64,000 bases of DNA from a virus, in the IMG/VR virus record IMGVR_UViG_3300027791_000013, positions 7,516 to 71,515 of that record; one strand, given 5' to 3'. Positions within the stretch are counted from its first letter, which is position 1. Each line of letters starts with the position of its first letter. Below, piece after piece: positions 59,320 through 64,000 of the stretch. Position numbers and translations under genes: made by a program. The notes beneath the pieces were generated by a model. That model saw nothing but the letters and a program-made list of their open reading frames with translations, was not told the DNA's origin and ran no database searches.

Positions 59320-60238
59320 AGAATTAGATAATAGTAGAATTAGTAAGCATTTAGGTCAGACGTCTCAATATAAGAGTACGTATGATTCCGATTTGCTTGT
59401 AAGAGAACCTCGGAGTAATAATCGAGAATATTTAAATATATTCGATGATGACTTACCTTTTGTTGGTTCAGATACATGGAATGCATATGAATGTTCATTC
59501 CTTCTAGATAATGGACGACCTGTAACTGGTGTTGTAAAGTGTGTGTATCCCTGCAGTAGTAAGTATATTGTTGAGAGTAAGAGTATAAAGCTATACTTTA
59601 ACTCCTTTAATATGACTAAAATTGCTGTTGATAAAGATCAGGCTGTTAATCGCTTTGAAGATATAGCGAGTAAAGATTTAAGTGAGTTGTTAGGTACTGA
59701 TGTACAAGTTAAATTCCAAGATGGTCATCATGTTAATGAGAAGGTTGATAGCCCTAATAGAGAATGGGATATTGAAGATTATCAAAATGTAGATCTACTT
59801 GAAGATCATAAAGATTATGTATATACTCAATATACTGAAGACCCTGGTTTATTACAAGGTATTAGTCGTGATAGAGAATTAGAACAAAGGTTCTATTCAG
59901 GTCTATTGAAAAGTAATTGCCGTGTAACTTCGCAACCTGACTGGGGTGATGTATTCATTCATATTAAATCGAAGCATGCTATCGATGCTCATAGTATTAA
60001 GAACTATGTTGTATCGTATAGAGATGAGTGTCATTTTCATGAAGAGATTTGTGAATGCTTCTATAAGAGATTAAAAGATGCTTTTGATCCTTCTGAACTA
60101 TTAGTAATGTGTTTATACGCTCGTAGAGGTGGTATTGATATTAACCCTGTAAGAGCTTCCAGTCAAGATTTAATCGAGCAGCATGCTGCTAATCTAATCG
60201 ATGTAAACGCAGTTCATATTAAAACTTCGAAGCAATAA
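59309..60238 (+). CDS. queF: NADPH-dependent 7-cyano-7-deazaguanine reductase, bimodular type
   Basis: DTWNAYE, VESKSIKLYFNSFN, LLKSNCRVTSQPDWG, FHEEICE, YARRGGIDINP. Confidence 0.93.
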   Translation: MANKELDNSRISKHLGQTSQYKSTYDSDLLVREPRSNNREYLNIFDDDLPFVGSDTWNAYECSFLLDNGRPVTGVVKCVYPCSSKYIVESKSIKLYFNSFNMTKIAVDKDQAVNRFEDIASKDLSELLGTDVQVKFQDGHHVNEKVDSPNREWDIEDYQNVDLLEDHKDYVYTQYTEDPGLLQGISRDRELEQRFYSGLLKSNCRVTSQPDWGDVFIHIKSKHAIDAHSIKNYVVSYRDECHFHEEICECFYKRLKDAFDPSELLVMCLYARRGGIDINPVRASSQDLIEQHAANLIDVNAVHIKTSKQ

Positions 60239-60312
60239 TGGATATATTTTTAATATGGGGTTTAGTATGTTGTTTATTATGCTACGCCTATTGTATATCA
60301 TTTAATTATTAG
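60238..60312 (+). CDS. Possible 24-aa hydrophobic micropeptide
   Basis: MDIFLIWGLVCCLLCYAYCISFNY; TAATG overlap with the queF stop. Confidence 0.3.
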   Translation: MDIFLIWGLVCCLLCYAYCISFNY

Positions 60313-60313
60313 A

Positions 60314-60349
60314 CAAAATGAGACCTGGCTCATAATGAACCAGGTCTCA
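60314..60349 (-). terminator. Terminator hairpin downstream of the major capsid gene, between convergent genes
   Basis: Perfect 10-bp stem TGAGACCTGG/CCAGGTCTCA followed by TTTT on the minus strand. Confidence 0.75.
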
Positions 60350-60373
60350 AACTGTGTGTATCTTATATTAAGA

Positions 60374-61861
60374 TTAGCCGAAGTACACCGAGTTAGTACC
60401 TGGTGTGAACGCTTCGCCGAGTCCTGCTACAATGATAACGTGGTAGTAGAGATTTGCTCCGAAGATATTGTCTACGACACCATAACGTGTAAGCAAGCCT
60501 ACACGTGGCGCGAAGTCATTCGGTCCAATTGTTCTCTGTACCATTACTGGAATGTAAGGGCAATAGATGATACCAGTGTCGTAAAACTCTGGACCTTTAT
60601 AACCTAACAACGCGTATTCAGGGGCACTATTTGCAGAGATCGCAAGACTGTTACCAATCTTCTGACCTTCTGTGCGAGTGTCTCTATATACGTTGAAACG
60701 ACCACCAAGATTACCGATCTTTCCAACACCTACAGGTTGTGTATTAACATTACCTTGGACTGGTACCCACTGGAATTCAGGGAGCATTTCCAAGATAGCG
60801 CAAACACGAGGTGTTGCAACGATGAAGTTAGCTGCACCACGGCGATTTCTCACTGCGATACGATTAGCTTCTACGATTAATCTTTGATAGAAGTCGCGGT
60901 TACGTTCTACTAACCAACGGCCATCTGCCGAAGCAGGGGACCATGTTGAGTACCCAATTCCGGTACCAGCATTGAGAGCAACTTGAATCATTCTCATAAG
61001 CATTTCACGGTCGATTTCGGCCTGAATTTCATACGACATAGCGTTTGTCAATTCAGTATCGATATCGATACCATTCATATTCTTAAGATCCTGTTCAAGT
61101 TCAACTGACCAACGTGCGCCTAAGCGACGTGTGCCTGCTTCAACTGCTGTCTTTTCGAAAGAAACTTCCATAGTAGGGATATTACCCGTTACTTCGAAGT
61201 TCTTAAGAAGAGCTGCTACACCATCATCCGCTTCGTTAAACTCGAACTCTGAGTTACCTGAAAGGTAACCTGCAGAAGTACCAGTATAAGCAGTCTTAAG
61301 CTCTTGGTAGCCAGCTTCCTTACCAGCAGCATTTGCTAAAATAGCAGATTGTGCGGGAGGAGTATTACCAGCTGCTGACTTACCATCGATGCCATCACCA
61401 AGTGTTTCACCACTGTAGCGATAACGAAGAGCGAAGGCAAGTCCGACTGGACCAGCCATTGGTTGAACACCAACGATTTCATTTGTAATTAACTCGGGAA
61501 AAGTACGACGAATCATAGGAATCAAGATCTTTGGAAGACGGAAGTCACCCTGTGCGTAGTCGTCTTGACCACGTGTACCGGATGCAACACTGCCGTAGCC
61601 AAACTTGTTACCAAGTGCGCCACCATTGGAGCCATCAGCTCCAGCGGTATTACCACCAGTTGGTACGTAGTTTGGTCCAGCTTCTCTCAAACACCATGCT
61701 TCTTGGTTTTCAAGTAGCATAGCTGTGTTTAAACGAGTGTGACTGTCTTCAATAGCTGCAACGCTCTTCGAAGTGTAGTCCAGAACTGGAGCCCACTTTT
61801 CAAGCAGTTGCCCTGCTCTTGATTCATCAATATAAGCCTGTGAGGGTCTAATTGTATTCAT
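60374..61861 (-). CDS. Major capsid protein (T4 gp23-like)
   Basis: EKWAPVLD, LLENQ, VGVQPMAGPVGLAFALR, ELEQDLKNMNGID, EIQAEIDRE, YCPYIP, TRYG. Confidence 0.97.
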   Translation of the reverse strand: MNTIRPSQAYIDESRAGQLLEKWAPVLDYTSKSVAAIEDSHTRLNTAMLLENQEAWCLREAGPNYVPTGGNTAGADGSNGGALGNKFGYGSVASGTRGQDDYAQGDFRLPKILIPMIRRTFPELITNEIVGVQPMAGPVGLAFALRYRYSGETLGDGIDGKSAAGNTPPAQSAILANAAGKEAGYQELKTAYTGTSAGYLSGNSEFEFNEADDGVAALLKNFEVTGNIPTMEVSFEKTAVEAGTRRLGARWSVELEQDLKNMNGIDIDTELTNAMSYEIQAEIDREMLMRMIQVALNAGTGIGYSTWSPASADGRWLVERNRDFYQRLIVEANRIAVRNRRGAANFIVATPRVCAILEMLPEFQWVPVQGNVNTQPVGVGKIGNLGGRFNVYRDTRTEGQKIGNSLAISANSAPEYALLGYKGPEFYDTGIIYCPYIPVMVQRTIGPNDFAPRVGLLTRYGVVDNIFGANLYYHVIIVAGLGEAFTPGTNSVYFG

Positions 61862-61943
61862 AATTGTATTTTTTCCTTTATATACGACCCCAAGGTTTTA
61901 AAAAACCAGGAAACTCAGGAATACCTAAACAATATAGGAAATT

Positions 61944-62807
61944 CTAGTACTTAGATAGTTCGTCTAGATATGGGCTACTTACGCTTTCACTAACAACTTC
62001 TTGTTGAGTGTCTTCGTAAATGACTCTATCTACATCATCCCTAGTACTTAAAGCTTCTTCTTTCAAAGTCTCGAGCCTATTGCTTTCTTTCTTCTTAAAG
62101 AGCTTCAATGTATAATCAAAATTTTCAGCAATGAACTCAGCGTCCTTACCTTTTAATACCTTGTTTATATATTGCTTAGTTCTTTTATCGAGACCTGTAG
62201 TTTTCCGTTCAAGTATTAAACCAGCCTTAACTGTATCTAATTCTTCTTTCAAAACTGCATTTTCTCCTGCAACAGACTCAAGCTTCTTGGAAGCTTCATT
62301 AATTTGATTATGACCGTCCATAACGGCCTCTTTAATGCTTTGTTTTTCTAAAGCACTATCAACTGCTAGATGGCTTCTTAAGCCTTCTAAAATTTTCTTA
62401 GCTTTTGTATTCTTAACTGCTTCTTGAACACTTTCTACTGGAATTTTTTCTTCTAAGTAAACATCCAAGTAATCTGAAATACTTTCAATTAATTGAGATT
62501 GGAAGCCTTCTGCTTCATTATTTAAAGCACTTTCATATTTGTCAACAACGATCTTTAATTTATCAGCTCTATCATTGTCAATTGCTCCTACAACCTTCTT
62601 TAACTTGTTCGAATGATCTTCATCAATCTTTACTACTAATTCATTAAGCTTTTCAGTATATAATTCATCTTGCTCGTTAAGAGCATTTTCAACATGAAGT
62701 TCAACCCTTGTATTAATCTTTTGTTCAAAGACGTTTTCGATTTCAGAAAGCACCTCTTCGTTTAGGGCTCCATTTGTTGCTTCAGATAAAATTTGTTTAA
62801 TGTCCAT
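61944..62807 (-). CDS. Prohead core scaffold protein (T4 gp22-like)
   Basis: Acidic coiled-coil, ISDYLD..LEE; lies between protease and capsid genes. Confidence 0.8.
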   Translation of the reverse strand: MDIKQILSEATNGALNEEVLSEIENVFEQKINTRVELHVENALNEQDELYTEKLNELVVKIDEDHSNKLKKVVGAIDNDRADKLKIVVDKYESALNNEAEGFQSQLIESISDYLDVYLEEKIPVESVQEAVKNTKAKKILEGLRSHLAVDSALEKQSIKEAVMDGHNQINEASKKLESVAGENAVLKEELDTVKAGLILERKTTGLDKRTKQYINKVLKGKDAEFIAENFDYTLKLFKKKESNRLETLKEEALSTRDDVDRVIYEDTQQEVVSESVSSPYLDELSKY

Positions 62808-62809
62808 AA

Positions 62810-62953
62810 TTAGAATATATTTATATTATTATTTAATATCTTTTGTTCCATTTTCTTGTTAATTACGTTAGATAAATCAGTACTAGCATTTTTATAACTA
62901 CGATTCATAACATTGCTTATAAATTTTTTTAATTCTACTTTTATTTCTTTCAT
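62810..62953 (-). CDS. 47-aa protein, possible prohead core protein (gp67-like; not in ORF track)
   Basis: MKEIKVELKKFISNVMNRSYKNASTDLSNVINKKMEQKILNNNINIF fills the gp21-gp22 gap with 2-nt spacers. Confidence 0.55.
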   Translation of the reverse strand: MKEIKVELKKFISNVMNRSYKNASTDLSNVINKKMEQKILNNNINIF

Positions 62954-62955
62954 TA

Positions 62956-63624
62956 TTATAGGGTTTTCAGGAATTTAATTATATTATCTCTTAAAAATTG
63001 ATCTTTGTTTTTTAGAGGCATTGAAGAAATATTATCTTCGAAACGATCATACGCTTCCTCAAACTGTCCATATTTATTTACTACGTATTGTTTACTTTCC
63101 AAGATGCCATTAACAAAAGCTTTCGGAAAAGATGGATCTGCTACGCAATCGATAGCTACAAGCTTAAAGTCTTTAACTCTATTAACACCATCTGTACCTG
63201 ATTCTGGTATAAGTTGACCAAGAGCTCTAGAACTCATACCAACTCTAACACCATCATTAATAAGACTCCTAACAATTAAACCTGTTGGTGTAGATAATAC
63301 TTTACTTTTACCGTAAAAAACATTACCATCTTGAGTCATTTCAGTTACTAAGTGACAAGCTCTTTCAAGGTCAACATCAGCCGTAGATGGATGGTTTAAT
63401 TCTCCCATCGCTCTACCAGTTTTAACCATTAAATTTTCATAACGTTTCGTTTCACGGACCATTTCTTCTAATGGGTATATTCTATTGTTACGATTAACGC
63501 CTTCAGCCATCATATATGGACCTTTAATGAAGAAATTTTGTTTGTCTTTTGAATTACCCTCTTCAACGATATATTCAAACTCCTCTTTAGGGGCTGGTGT
63601 TTCTACTATAAGGCTTAAACTCAT
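62956..63624 (-). CDS. Prohead protease (T4 gp21-like)
   Basis: NRNNRIYP, AMGELNHP, LSTPTG, GMSSRALG, DCVADPS; start reassigned to ATG 63624. Confidence 0.95.
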   Translation of the reverse strand: MSLSLIVETPAPKEEFEYIVEEGNSKDKQNFFIKGPYMMAEGVNRNNRIYPLEEMVRETKRYENLMVKTGRAMGELNHPSTADVDLERACHLVTEMTQDGNVFYGKSKVLSTPTGLIVRSLINDGVRVGMSSRALGQLIPESGTDGVNRVKDFKLVAIDCVADPSFPKAFVNGILESKQYVVNKYGQFEEAYDRFEDNISSMPLKNKDQFLRDNIIKFLKTL

Positions 63625-63652
63625 ATAATTATTTATCAAATAGTTACCAATT

Positions 63653-63961
63653 TTACACTATTATTTCATTATCTAACCCTTTACCAGTTATTAAAGTGTA
63701 ATAAGGCCCGTAAATATCTTCTTCATATTTTTCAATATCTAGGCTATAGCTGTTACAAGCATCAGATAAACTGTCAAACCATGTCCAACCGCTAACTGGG
63801 TATGAATATGATTCACGGTTAGCTCTAAGAAGAGAATTACCATCAGGAAATTTTATTGCTTTTTTAGCATGAAATAACATTATTCTACCTGTCCTAGGAC
63901 TAGGACCATCTTTCATATAAAACCCTTCAAATGTAGTTAAACTAATAGTTTCTGTGCTCAT
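63653..63961 (-). CDS. Hypothetical protein
   Basis: 102-aa ORF, YSYPVSGWTWFDS. Confidence 0.6.
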   Translation of the reverse strand: MSTETISLTTFEGFYMKDGPSPRTGRIMLFHAKKAIKFPDGNSLLRANRESYSYPVSGWTWFDSLSDACNSYSLDIEKYEEDIYGPYYTLITGKGLDNEIIV

Positions 63962-64000
63962 GATATTATATATAAATTAATGTGTTACAGTCCAGCCTTT

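Noticed and set aside
60335-61722. Plus-strand ORFs overlapping the capsid gene
   Set aside because: Antisense to gp23; higher GC reduces stop frequency
1-64000. Stop-codon reassignment, tRNA genes, introns or homing endonucleases
   Set aside because: Core genes are full length in the standard code and intergenic gaps are short; no cloverleaf or endonuclease motif was recognised by eye (tRNAscan not run)

Overview
A 64-kb, very AT-rich segment of a large T4-like (myovirus) bacteriophage genome; no host chromosomal, rRNA, tRNA or CRISPR sequence was seen. The left ~13 kb interleaves T4-type replication genes (gp41 helicase, probable gp59, gp32, gp45, RNase H, gp61 primase) with nucleotide-sugar and glycosylation genes (three HxGH nucleotidyltransferases, one fused to a GHMP kinase; a GT2-like transferase; a cupin; RmlB; an RmlD-like epimerase/reductase). 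The rest is mostly virion genes: neck gp14, terminase, gp3/18/19 tail, baseplate, fibres with S74 chaperones, gp5/6/25/53, and head gp21/22/23. A DpdA/TGT-like + kinase + QueF operon sits just before the capsid gene. Main observations: (1) the tripeptide L-S-[A/G/S] is strongly enriched in exposed virion proteins and nearly absent from enzymes, a candidate sequon for phage-encoded virion glycosylation; (2) a possible nucleotide-level 7-deazaguanine DNA-modification operon; (3) promoter motifs placed 5-7 nt before start codons, implying widespread leaderless mRNAs; (4) a trypsin-like protease split by a ~550-aa propeller-like insert; (5) a family of small acidic proteins with T4 capsid-targeting-like N-termini. 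All calls come from motif recognition and gene order; no searches were run and counts are by hand.
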